A DNA stretch of 64,000 nucleotides from Marinicella sp. (GTDB lineage Bacteria; Pseudomonadota; Gammaproteobacteria; Xanthomonadales; Marinicellaceae). The stretch is from assembly GCA_965230295.1 (NCBI GenBank), contig OZ246001.1:1536001-1600000 (forward strand), written 5' to 3'. The position numbers and the translations under genes are program-made. Shown in pieces: positions 1-8,526 of the stretch (positions are counted from its first letter, which is position 1; every line of letters starts with the position of its first letter). The notes under the pieces were generated by a model that did not search any database, was not told the DNA's origin, and saw only the letters and a list, made by a program, of their open reading frames with translations.

Positions 1-514
1 CTGAATGAAGACACTCTTCACCAGCCCTTGGTTTCAACAGGATCATGGCATCATCGGGATCGTGACCATGAAATTTGACTTGAGATTCCACCGCATAATG
101 ATCGGATGGAAACGCATGGTCTTCAAGCAACACTTTGTATTTTTTATCAGTCGGTCGATAAAAGCTGACCATCAGAAAATGCAAGTTGGCGGTCAATGAA
201 TTCATACACACCACTTCTGATGGCTCCGCGCCAACCAACTGGGCCGACTCAGCGGCTAAAAACTCATGGTAAGGCATCCAGGGGAATTCGCAGTCAAAGT
301 GCCCTTTAACCCCCAGGGTTTGCCATTTATGCAACTCATCATTCAAATACTGAGCTGTCAACTTGGGCTGTAAGCCCAGCGAGTTGCCACAAAAGTAAAT
401 TTCATTCTGGTCTGTGCCTTTGATGAAAGGGATGTGAAATTCAGCACGCATGTGTGCCAGTGGATCTTGCTGATCCAGTTTTTCCGCAAAGGCCATACTG
501 TCTTCAAAGTTCAT
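1..514 (-). CDS. kynU: Kynureninase, 5' part (continues past the window start)
   Basis: Manual translation of the minus strand from the ATG at 514 gives MNFEDSMAFAEKLDQQDPLAHMRAEFHIP...IYFCGNSLGLQP...PWMPYHE...EVVCMNSLTANLHFLMVSFYRP...FPSDHYA, which are kynureninase motifs. Not listed in the ORF track. Confidence 0.9.
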   Translation of the reverse strand, partial: MNFEDSMAFAEKLDQQDPLAHMRAEFHIPFIKGTDQNEIYFCGNSLGLQPKLTAQYLNDELHKWQTLGVKGHFDCEFPWMPYHEFLAAESAQLVGAEPSEVVCMNSLTANLHFLMVSFYRPTDKKYKVLLEDHAFPSDHYAVESQVKFHGHDPDDAMILLKPRAGEECLHS

Positions 515-596
515 GAGCAGAAGAATTTTAAAACAGATGATTATAAAGCAACTGATTGTAAATTTCCGAACACAGATTATGAAATCTTTAAATCAA

Positions 597-1004
597 TCAC
601 TCATCCTGCCAGATGATGCTGGCAATATGCCAACTTCCAGGTTTCTTGATCAATTGAAAATGCTTCACCCCTGATCCCTGATACAACTGGCCATCCAGAT
701 ATCCGGACTTGGCATAGTGTGAAACTCGAGAGGCCAAATGACCATTGATGGTGGTCTGACTGTCGGTTTCCCATTCATGAAACCCAGACAATGAACCTGA
801 TGCCAATAACTTCATTCTGGGTTCAAGAAAATCGACCAAGTTCATTGATTCAATGTGCGCTTTTTCAACCTTATGAATCACCACTGATGGTAACAGCAGT
901 TGTTTCATGACTGAAAAATCAGGTGTTTGATCATTGCGGTTATCAAACACCTGAAAGAACTGTTCAATCACACGATCAACGGCTGCCAGCTCTTCATTCT
1001 GCAT
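597..1004 (-). CDS. Small NTF2/SnoaL-like (DUF4440-type) protein
   Basis: Likely start MQNEEL at 1004. The C-terminal GVKHFQLIKKPGSWHIASIIWQDE pattern is typical of NTF2-fold proteins. Confidence 0.6.
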   Translation of the reverse strand: MQNEELAAVDRVIEQFFQVFDNRNDQTPDFSVMKQLLLPSVVIHKVEKAHIESMNLVDFLEPRMKLLASGSLSGFHEWETDSQTTINGHLASRVSHYAKSGYLDGQLYQGSGVKHFQLIKKPGSWHIASIIWQDE

Positions 1005-4000
1005 GGTTATCAGCTTTAACAGGGGGTTGCTTTTTTGATTTGAATTTTGGCCACCAATCACCTTGACGTAAACTTTGTAACAGTTGTTTCAACCAGCTTA
1101 ATAAAGCAAAACTGACCCAAATGGACCACAACAAAATCAACAACTTATACCACCACAAATGCAAGCTGAACAGGGTGATGCTGGGTATTTGGTTGGCCCC
1201 TGCGTCTAAATACCACTCCAACCGAGAAGCGCTGGCACCCACACCGGCCACACCCATGTCAGGATATGACAGCAGGCCATAGGCCACAGCACCGATCAAC
1301 ACCCCCAGTGCAATCAGCGTAAAGATCAAACTGAACCATTGCAGCAAAATACTTTTGGCGCGTGAATCAAAACCGTTAAACTGCTGCTTCCAACCAACGA
1401 AGAACAGCCAACTGGCCACCCAGGCAAATGCCAGCCAAGAAAAGGTCCCAAAGGCACAACCCAACACCAACCATTGCCAAGCTTTCAACGGTGAGTATTT
1501 AATCCGAGCCAAGAAAAATGCCAAGATCACAAACACCAACAACTCACCCCAATACAAAAAGGCCGGACCCACACCAGCAGATCCACCCCACAACAGCCAT
1601 CGGTCCCGAGGCACCTGGATGGTTTGGTTTAAGTTGCTGTAGGCTGCATTCATGTTGATCGAGGGCGTGTGATTGATGACGCCCAAATCATGGTTGAAGT
1701 GCCATTCAATGGTCACATTGTGCTGACCAGGCAAATAACTGACAGCCACCACACCATTTTCATTGACTAAATTAGAATCCACCCCATCAAAGGAGACTTT
1801 TTTCACTACGGCAGACGGGTCCAAATTCACTTCAAACCGCCCGCCTTGGGTGGCGCGGTAATTGATTTTGGTGATGGTTTTGGTGGTCCTTTTACCCACT
1901 GTATAGGTGTTGTTGATGGCATCAATCGACAACGCTTCGCCTGCCACGGCAGCAGGTCTGGATACAGCAATGTTGAGGGACTCGCCTGGCCTGGGCATAT
2001 AGATGTGTTCAAAATAATCATCATAGTCATCGGTCATGTTTTCAGTTGCCACCAGCGGCACACCTGCCATATCAACATGCCATTGCGGCGATGAGACCAC
2101 ATGCCATGATTCAATGTGTTGTTCACTGGGTTGGGCCGTGATCTGCCATTGATCCAACCGCTCCAAGCGCGAACGCCAACTGAATTGGAGTTCTCCCGGC
2201 GCCATACTCACCAGCACCCTGCCTTGGTCATCCTGTTGGACTTTTTCCAAAGGAAATTCGTTGTCCAACAAGGGCAGTGCCACATTGACCACACCATGCT
2301 TGGGGGCCACTCGAGTGACGTGGTTGTCAACGTACCACTGATCGTCAAATTTGATGTAACGCTGCAGTTTCACATAGGGTTTGATGTCAGTACTTTGGGT
2401 CGACTCTTCGGTTGTGGTTTCAGTGCGCTTGGCCGCAATCAACTGTAAGGTTTTGCCCGTCATGTGGTTGCCATCTATGCCGGCAAACTGCCAATCTTGT
2501 GACTGCACGGTCACATGACCAGGCTGGTATGGAAAATTCACAGACACTGCGTTTTTACTGGCCAGGTCTCCGACCAGCTCTACCTGATTGATCCCTTGCT
2601 CCAGTGCCAACCAAGTGAAGTTTTGGTGTCGCAAGCGATTACGCACAATTTGCTCATTGACCCTCACATTCAAAATCTGCCAGTCAGCCGATCCGGGTAG
2701 GGGCACCACCACATCCGCCAGGGTATGATAGGTCATCTGAATGGTCAGCCGATGACCTTCAACCCTCACCGATGCCGACTCTACTGTGGCACACTGGTGG
2801 CCACATTCTGCTGCTGGATACAGCCTGTTTTGCAATTCTTTGAGCATCCCATCTGACGGGAAATCATCGGCCCACAAGGGTTGGGCGAACAGCAGACCGA
2901 ACACCCAAAATAGACTGGTGGAAGTCACTTTCTTTTGGTTGTTTCTCATAGTCCACATGTGTTTCAGTACAGTCATCAGCCACATCACCGTAAAACCAAT
3001 CAACAACAAACGCCACAGCACCCGCATCCAAGGGGTGATTAAATACAATTGATAGCTTTGCGTCGCAGTGATTGGGCCATCCCAATTCAACACCACCGGA
3101 TTGTACCGCCATTGAGGCGTACCCTTGCCAGCTTGGATGGTGGCATCTGTTTGGTAACGGTTCAATAAATCAGCCCGTTTGATTCGTGATCCGGTCACCG
3201 TTAGTTTTCCTTGTTCTTCCAGGGGTTCTTCTGCGAACATCGCATCAGCTGCTTGAACAGCATTGTCCGTGCTGTAGCGCTGTTGGTAAACTTGATTCAA
3301 AGGTGCGGTTTTTTTCACTTTAGAAAATGAGAGGGAAGGTTCAGCCATGGCGTGTCTGTTTTCCAATTGAGGATGAATCGTTAACCGGGCTTCATTGACC
3401 AAAAATGGAATCAGATAAATCACCAATGCCAATACACTCAAGAGAGTGTATGTTTGCACCAACCTCAGCCACCGACCTTGCGGCAACCAAGCCATCAAGC
3501 CTAAGGCCAATATCAAACTGGCCCATGAATAAAGCGGCATGTTCACACTGTGATAACCCAGCACCAATGCCAATAAAGCGAACACGGAGGCTTTCAAGCC
3601 AATCACTTTGAAAGTCAAAACAGTCAGTAACATGACAATGAAAATATCCCAAAGCCGCCATTGTTCCAGCCAAACATGTCGGGTGCTGTCGACATTGTAA
3701 GTTGCCAAGGCCATGTAACCATGGGGTAAAAACAATCGGGTTTGTACCGACTCAAACTGACTGTTCCAACCACTGATTTGATTGAGAAAACTGCCGCCAA
3801 ACTCTCCATCAATGGTCAAATCAACGCGAGGTTTGCGCAGTTCAACACCCTGTTCCCCAGCTTCAGATTCAGTGATCAGCAGTGTTTCGCCAGCATTGGT
3901 GGCACTGAGTAATTGCAACTGGTCATCGGCATTGAGGCGCCATGAGCCCAATTTTTCGCCGCTGATGCGGTCTTTGCTGCGAAAGGTCTGACCATCAAAT

Positions 4001-5049
4001 GACAACCATGCTTGTCTTTGCAGAACCAACTGTTCACTTTGATTCAAGGTACCTCTTTTTTGCTCATTGATGGTGAACACATCGCCGTCATTGACCAAGT
4101 AATTAGGCACTTCAAACCACCTGGATGAAGTTTGTTCTGGATTGATGGGGGTAACCCCTTCAACTTGGGTTAAACGGATGTTTTTGTTGTCTTGGTAGGC
4201 CCAGATCTCTTGTTTTGGCCAGTTCTCACCATCAGCAGTGAAGGTGAATGACGAAGGCCAACCCAACACATTCATGGTGATCAGAATTTCGCTGTAGCCT
4301 GGTTTAAGTTGTACCCACAAGTCACCAGATTGGTCTACATAGGCATTCAATTCACCCGAAACATCGGTGATTTGAAACTGATCAGTCAAAATGCGGCCCA
4401 GGTTTTCATTCCTGGCCACCCCAGAAACCTGTAAATCCAAAGCCAAAAATACCACCATGGGATGCCCATCTATGAACAGGCGATTGACTTCAATGTCCAG
4501 GCTGTTTGCTTCAATTTGCTCATCATCAGTGACTTCACCTAACCACAATGCACGGTCTTGGCGGACTGGGAATTTTACGGGCTCACCTTCTATGGACAAG
4601 GCGATGTCAGCGATTTCAGAAGGCACGCCTATGGACTCAGGTCTTGACTGCCAGTTGAATGTACCCCGGATCTGATACCGCCCTGGTGTTAAAAACACCC
4701 TGGGCTGATGACTTTTATTTTGCACAGGTACCTGGCTCTGGTTAATCGTAATCGCTTGTGGCCAAGTCTTTTGGTCACCAGGTAATGGCACCCAACTGTC
4801 AGCCAAAACTTCCCAGGTTATATAGAAATCGGCCTGATTTTCGGACACATCCAACACCAATTGTTGCGGCCAGGCACAAAGGTGATTGGCTTTGGATCCA
4901 GCGCCTTTGTTGGCAAAATACGGACATGTTCTGAATTCCTGTTGGTACTGTACCCATCCTTGCCAATCAACCAAATCATCTGGAATATCTTGTGCGGAGG
5001 CTGAACCTACAACCAACCATATACCCAACAACTTCCCAAACTTTGTCAT
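994..5049 (-). CDS. Large multi-pass membrane protein of unknown function (1351 aa)
   Basis: Long ORF with a signal peptide and two soluble regions, each followed by a hydrophobic TM bundle. Confidence 0.8.
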   Translation of the reverse strand: MTKFGKLLGIWLVVGSASAQDIPDDLVDWQGWVQYQQEFRTCPYFANKGAGSKANHLCAWPQQLVLDVSENQADFYITWEVLADSWVPLPGDQKTWPQAITINQSQVPVQNKSHQPRVFLTPGRYQIRGTFNWQSRPESIGVPSEIADIALSIEGEPVKFPVRQDRALWLGEVTDDEQIEANSLDIEVNRLFIDGHPMVVFLALDLQVSGVARNENLGRILTDQFQITDVSGELNAYVDQSGDLWVQLKPGYSEILITMNVLGWPSSFTFTADGENWPKQEIWAYQDNKNIRLTQVEGVTPINPEQTSSRWFEVPNYLVNDGDVFTINEQKRGTLNQSEQLVLQRQAWLSFDGQTFRSKDRISGEKLGSWRLNADDQLQLLSATNAGETLLITESEAGEQGVELRKPRVDLTIDGEFGGSFLNQISGWNSQFESVQTRLFLPHGYMALATYNVDSTRHVWLEQWRLWDIFIVMLLTVLTFKVIGLKASVFALLALVLGYHSVNMPLYSWASLILALGLMAWLPQGRWLRLVQTYTLLSVLALVIYLIPFLVNEARLTIHPQLENRHAMAEPSLSFSKVKKTAPLNQVYQQRYSTDNAVQAADAMFAEEPLEEQGKLTVTGSRIKRADLLNRYQTDATIQAGKGTPQWRYNPVVLNWDGPITATQSYQLYLITPWMRVLWRLLLIGFTVMWLMTVLKHMWTMRNNQKKVTSTSLFWVFGLLFAQPLWADDFPSDGMLKELQNRLYPAAECGHQCATVESASVRVEGHRLTIQMTYHTLADVVVPLPGSADWQILNVRVNEQIVRNRLRHQNFTWLALEQGINQVELVGDLASKNAVSVNFPYQPGHVTVQSQDWQFAGIDGNHMTGKTLQLIAAKRTETTTEESTQSTDIKPYVKLQRYIKFDDQWYVDNHVTRVAPKHGVVNVALPLLDNEFPLEKVQQDDQGRVLVSMAPGELQFSWRSRLERLDQWQITAQPSEQHIESWHVVSSPQWHVDMAGVPLVATENMTDDYDDYFEHIYMPRPGESLNIAVSRPAAVAGEALSIDAINNTYTVGKRTTKTITKINYRATQGGRFEVNLDPSAVVKKVSFDGVDSNLVNENGVVAVSYLPGQHNVTIEWHFNHDLGVINHTPSINMNAAYSNLNQTIQVPRDRWLLWGGSAGVGPAFLYWGELLVFVILAFFLARIKYSPLKAWQWLVLGCAFGTFSWLAFAWVASWLFFVGWKQQFNGFDSRAKSILLQWFSLIFTLIALGVLIGAVAYGLLSYPDMGVAGVGASASRLEWYLDAGANQIPSITLFSLHLWWYKLLILLWSIWVSFALLSWLKQLLQSLRQGDWWPKFKSKKQPPVKADNHAE

Positions 5050-5311
5050 AAATCACCTGTGTTTTGTATGGCAGCAAACTGCGTTTTTTATCGATGTATT
5101 TCCGATACATCATCTCTTTTGAGATTCGCCTTGTCAATTAAGTTCCCTGATTCACGACTGCAGGCCTGTATACCGACAACTTAGTTCTCCTATATGAATC
5201 CATGGCTGCGCTTTCCTTTCATTCTTGGCATATGGTGGATCCAGGCCTGAACATTTGGTGAAATTAATCACTACTGATTATCCTAAACCAAGTAAAATTC
5301 ATCACCAGTCC

Positions 5312-5336
5312 GCGCCCATGGCTCAGCTCGATGAGC
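5312..5336 (+). repeat. Degenerate copy of the tRNA-Arg 5' end
   Basis: gcgcccatggctcagctcgat matches tRNA gcgcccatagctcagctggat at 19/21. Both are preceded by aattcatc. Confidence 0.7.
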
Positions 5337-5431
5337 ACCGAGTTTCGCCTCCCTTCTTTTGCTTCGCAAAAACCGGCTACGCTCACCATTCAATGAAATA
5401 TCTCTGACTCACAAGCTCGCCAACCGATATT

Positions 5432-5586
5432 GGAAAGCTGCTGAACAGCTTGATCCGCCGAGCCAGTTGGTGAGCCTTGCGAATCAGAGGCGAAGAGCGC
5501 GAGGTAGCATGTCATGTTCGCCGTGGTCGCTTTCACTTTTGTCAGGAACAAAAGTGAATGAAGCCCCAAGAACATTCCTTTATGTG
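5432..5586. repeat. Dispersed modular repeat element, compact copy (inverted relative to 48044-48628)
   Basis: Five sequence blocks are shared in collinear order with 48044-48628, e.g. gaatgaagccccaagaacattcctt and gcgaggtagca(t/a)gtcatgttcgcc. Confidence 0.85.
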
Positions 5587-5636
5587 TTTAATCCATACCG
5601 AGAAAAACCTTATCAACTAAAAAACACAACAAACTA

Positions 5637-5664
5637 TTGCCTAAACATCAAAACCCGTTACAAT
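5637..5664 (+). promoter_or_regulatory. Sigma70-like promoter of tRNA-Arg
   Basis: TTGCCT-N16-TACAAT, 13 nt upstream of the tRNA. Confidence 0.55.
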
Positions 5665-5677
5665 TCATCTTTTCAAT

Positions 5678-5754
5678 GCGCCCATAGCTCAGCTGGATAG
5701 AGTAACTGGCTTCGAACCAGTTGGTCGGGAGTTCGAATCTCTCTGGGCGCGCCA
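5678..5754 (+). tRNA. tRNA-Arg (anticodon TCG)
   Basis: 77-nt cloverleaf: acceptor stem GCGCCCA/TGGGCGC, D-arm GCTC..GAGT, anticodon arm ACTGG-CT-TCG-AA-CCAGT, T-loop GTTCGAATC, encoded CCA. Confidence 0.96.
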
Positions 5755-5759
5755 TATAC

Positions 5760-5786
5760 AAAAACCACCCTCGCGGTGGTTTTTTT
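5760..5786 (+). terminator. Rho-independent terminator after the tRNA
   Basis: AAAACCACC-ctcgc-GGTGGTTTTTTT. Confidence 0.8.
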
Positions 5787-5819
5787 ATGTCTGGTGTCCA
5801 GATTGTGAGAACTCTCTCA

Positions 5820-5920
5820 GTTCGACTGAAATGACTGGATCATTTCAGCCCGTCAGCTTGCTGACGACCCCTAAGGGGTGGAGCACATGGATGTGCGGAA
5901 TAATCTCTCTGAGTACGCCA
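5820..5920 (+). repeat. Hairpin cassette ending in a degenerate tRNA 3'-end copy
   Basis: GTTCGA is followed by four hairpins (5826-5848, 5851-5866, 5867-5879, 5883-5896) and then aatctctctgagtacgcca, 16/19 identical to tRNA 5736-5754. Confidence 0.75.
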
Positions 5921-5954
5921 ACAACTGACCATCCCTTATATTGATCGTTAAGAA

Positions 5955-7244
5955 TCAATGACTCTGACCCCATTGATCACTCCAACTTGTTGTATCTTGA
6001 TTCAAACTAAACCCTTTTATCTGATCCTTGCTGAGTGCGTATAAAGAAATAATGATAGATACAAGATCGGCATGAGTATTACCCACAACTCGCTTAGTAA
6101 AGTCAAATTCTGGTTTTTTACCAATTAATTCATTCAACCCTATTTTGTAAATGATTCCATTATTCAATTGTTTTACAATTTCAGGTTTAAAACAAAAAAT
6201 GAAAACGCCAAACACCCTCAACATAATTATGCCAAATCTGGTATCACTTTTTAGTCCATAACTTGCCATGGTGTGATAAATCATCAAATGCCTGATAAAT
6301 GTCTCAACCTCTCGCAAAGACAGTTGATTAGCTGCAATTAATGTGTTGAAAAATGTTTCATATCCTGATTTTGCCAAATCAGTTCTCTGAAGTAATTGAT
6401 TTCCAGATAATAGATTTTGAAAGTGTACTTTAGATGTGCTTATCACTTCCTGCTCTTGATAAACATTACCGGGTAAATTAAAACTGTATCCAATGAATTT
6501 GTCTAAATATCGTTTTGCATTAACACTACCATATGAGTGTTCAACAAAAGCCTCAATTTGTTTTAAGTTGGCAACCAATACAAACTGAACGCCCTCTACA
6601 TCGAATATATGCTTTATATTCTCAAGGACTTTTATCGTAAAGTTAGGATGGCATCTATCTAATTCATCTATGAAAATTATTAGCTGATCTGTTTCAGTAA
6701 TCTCTTTTAAAACCGCTTTCAATGCAGTGATTTTTTCTTCTGCCTTTTCATGACTCTTAAGAACGGAGTCAATCGATTTATCAATCATTTCTTTGAATGC
6801 CTGATCAAACTCATCTGGTATTCCTGCCGCGTCCTGTCTCAACAAAAATCCAACTGCTGCTCTACTGACTACACTTGTACCAAATTTCAAAACATTCATA
6901 GCTTTTTCACGAAACTCAATTTTATCGCCGCTTTGAGGCAACGAGTTTAAAATTGCAGCAAGTATGGTTGCTAGTGGTTCATTTGCATGATCTGCCTTGA
7001 AAGCATCAATGTATACTGTATGGTATGTTGTATTGTCATTTGTATCAGTAGTAGGAGATAGTTCCTTCAATAAATTTATCAACTTGTAACAGAATTCAGT
7101 TTTACCCACACCCCAGTCACCATCAATTATTAGCGGGCTAACTGGTATTTCTGATTTAAGCAATTTGATAGTTTTAATAGCAATTGACCGTCTCCTGAAC
7201 TCATCCCTATCAGAGAATTGTAATGAGCTTTGGTCTTCTTTCAT
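5955..7244 (-). CDS. KAP-family P-loop NTPase
   Basis: Walker A GDWGVGKT, Walker B IIFIDELDRC, and the YLDKFI motif. Confidence 0.85.
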   Translation of the reverse strand: MKEDQSSLQFSDRDEFRRRSIAIKTIKLLKSEIPVSPLIIDGDWGVGKTEFCYKLINLLKELSPTTDTNDNTTYHTVYIDAFKADHANEPLATILAAILNSLPQSGDKIEFREKAMNVLKFGTSVVSRAAVGFLLRQDAAGIPDEFDQAFKEMIDKSIDSVLKSHEKAEEKITALKAVLKEITETDQLIIFIDELDRCHPNFTIKVLENIKHIFDVEGVQFVLVANLKQIEAFVEHSYGSVNAKRYLDKFIGYSFNLPGNVYQEQEVISTSKVHFQNLLSGNQLLQRTDLAKSGYETFFNTLIAANQLSLREVETFIRHLMIYHTMASYGLKSDTRFGIIMLRVFGVFIFCFKPEIVKQLNNGIIYKIGLNELIGKKPEFDFTKRVVGNTHADLVSIIISLYALSKDQIKGFSLNQDTTSWSDQWGQSH

Positions 7245-7308
7245 TGAGCTTCTCCTTTATTGATTGAATGCTATTTTTTGTAAGATTGTTTTGAGTTTCA
7301 AAGCGAAA

Positions 7309-8496
7309 TTATTCTATTTTTGGATTTTGTTTTGAAATATTTTCTTCTTGTTTTAACTCATTCAACTTTTCAGAAAATTTTTCACATTTGATTGACTTTG
7401 GTTTTTTATTTTCTTTTGATGCAGCATTCAATTTTCTGCTGGAAATAATGCTTTTTGGAATTTCATAAGTCCCACAGTCTGGATTGTCTTGGATTTTCAC
7501 ATAGAGATGATTTCCGACATCAAGCATGACTAACAAGTTAACAGACTGTCTTGTTGAGCTTTCGTCAATCAACTCAGGAAACAAATTGTCTTTACTGGGG
7601 TTATTTAACATTAAAACTGTGACCGCCTTACCACCACCGATATTCATTGCATTCATTGCAAAACCAGCGTAAGAAAATTTGAAGAATTGAGGGTTTAACA
7701 AAAGCATCCACAAAAAAGCAGAAATGATGGCCGTAACTTTCAGATAGTCTTTGAATGACTTTCTTTCTCTGTTTTCTCCAGGTACTGTGAAAAAATATAA
7801 TATGACCAGCAAAGCAATAAACATGAAAGATATGATCACTATTTGAATGGTCGAAGAAGTGCTATTTGAAATACCGAACTCATTTAATGCTCTTAATATG
7901 ACATACGCAATTGACACCAGCCAAAATACTGATAAGAAAACAAGCATGAAATTTAGTATCGCTTCTAAAACATTTTGACCATTCATTTCTTCTTCGAGAG
8001 ACAAGAACAGGACAATTAACAAATGAACAATAAGAACCACATATACCCAGTAACTTTTGTTCGATAGTGCAATCGCATAAAAAACAACAGGTATTACGAT
8101 TGTTGCCAGATAAACCCAAAACCCACTCCTGTTACGATGACGTTTAATGTTTATTTTCTGCCAAAATGAAGGTTCCTCAGGCAGTTGTTTCCGGTTTTCG
8201 AACATGATCAGCCATGATTTTTCCTCACGATAAAATGTAGGTACTATCAGGAATAGCGACATATACACAACAATGAAGAATGAAATGCCAAAAATAGCCA
8301 GCAAAAGTGTGGGCAATGAAGATAATGAGATTGGCAATGGAATGTTGTGTTGTTTTACGTATAAAACCAAACTAAGAAAGGCTAATATGGTTCCTATGCT
8401 TAAACTTTTTTTAATCAGGTCAAAAACTACAGAAGCGTTTTGGTTTATGGAACCAAGTTCAATCCATAAGTTATCTTTATCTCTTTTTTCTTCCAT
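7309..8496 (-). CDS. Multi-pass membrane protein, unknown function
   Basis: 395-aa ORF with about 7 hydrophobic segments and an AGAGG RBS. Confidence 0.75.
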   Translation of the reverse strand: MEEKRDKDNLWIELGSINQNASVVFDLIKKSLSIGTILAFLSLVLYVKQHNIPLPISLSSLPTLLLAIFGISFFIVVYMSLFLIVPTFYREEKSWLIMFENRKQLPEEPSFWQKINIKRHRNRSGFWVYLATIVIPVVFYAIALSNKSYWVYVVLIVHLLIVLFLSLEEEMNGQNVLEAILNFMLVFLSVFWLVSIAYVILRALNEFGISNSTSSTIQIVIISFMFIALLVILYFFTVPGENRERKSFKDYLKVTAIISAFLWMLLLNPQFFKFSYAGFAMNAMNIGGGKAVTVLMLNNPSKDNLFPELIDESSTRQSVNLLVMLDVGNHLYVKIQDNPDCGTYEIPKSIISSRKLNAASKENKKPKSIKCEKFSEKLNELKQEENISKQNPKIE

Positions 8497-8526
8497 TAAT
8501 TACCTCTCGTATGACAAAAGCTTTTG

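Noticed and set aside
530-595. Short acagat/actgat repeats upstream of kynU
   Set aside because: Too short and degenerate to distinguish from chance in AT-rich DNA.
5-616. Plus-strand ORFs 5-199 and 434-616
   Set aside because: They are antisense to the kynureninase gene on the minus strand.
5432-5586. Group II intron remnant interpretation of the dispersed element
   Set aside because: No recognisable domain V or GUGYG 5' end in either copy.
5359-5700. 113-aa ORF sharing NEAPRTFL with ORF 47906-48313
   Set aside because: The shared peptide comes from the DNA repeat. The other blocks do not keep a common reading frame and the ORF runs into the tRNA, so it is treated as non-coding.
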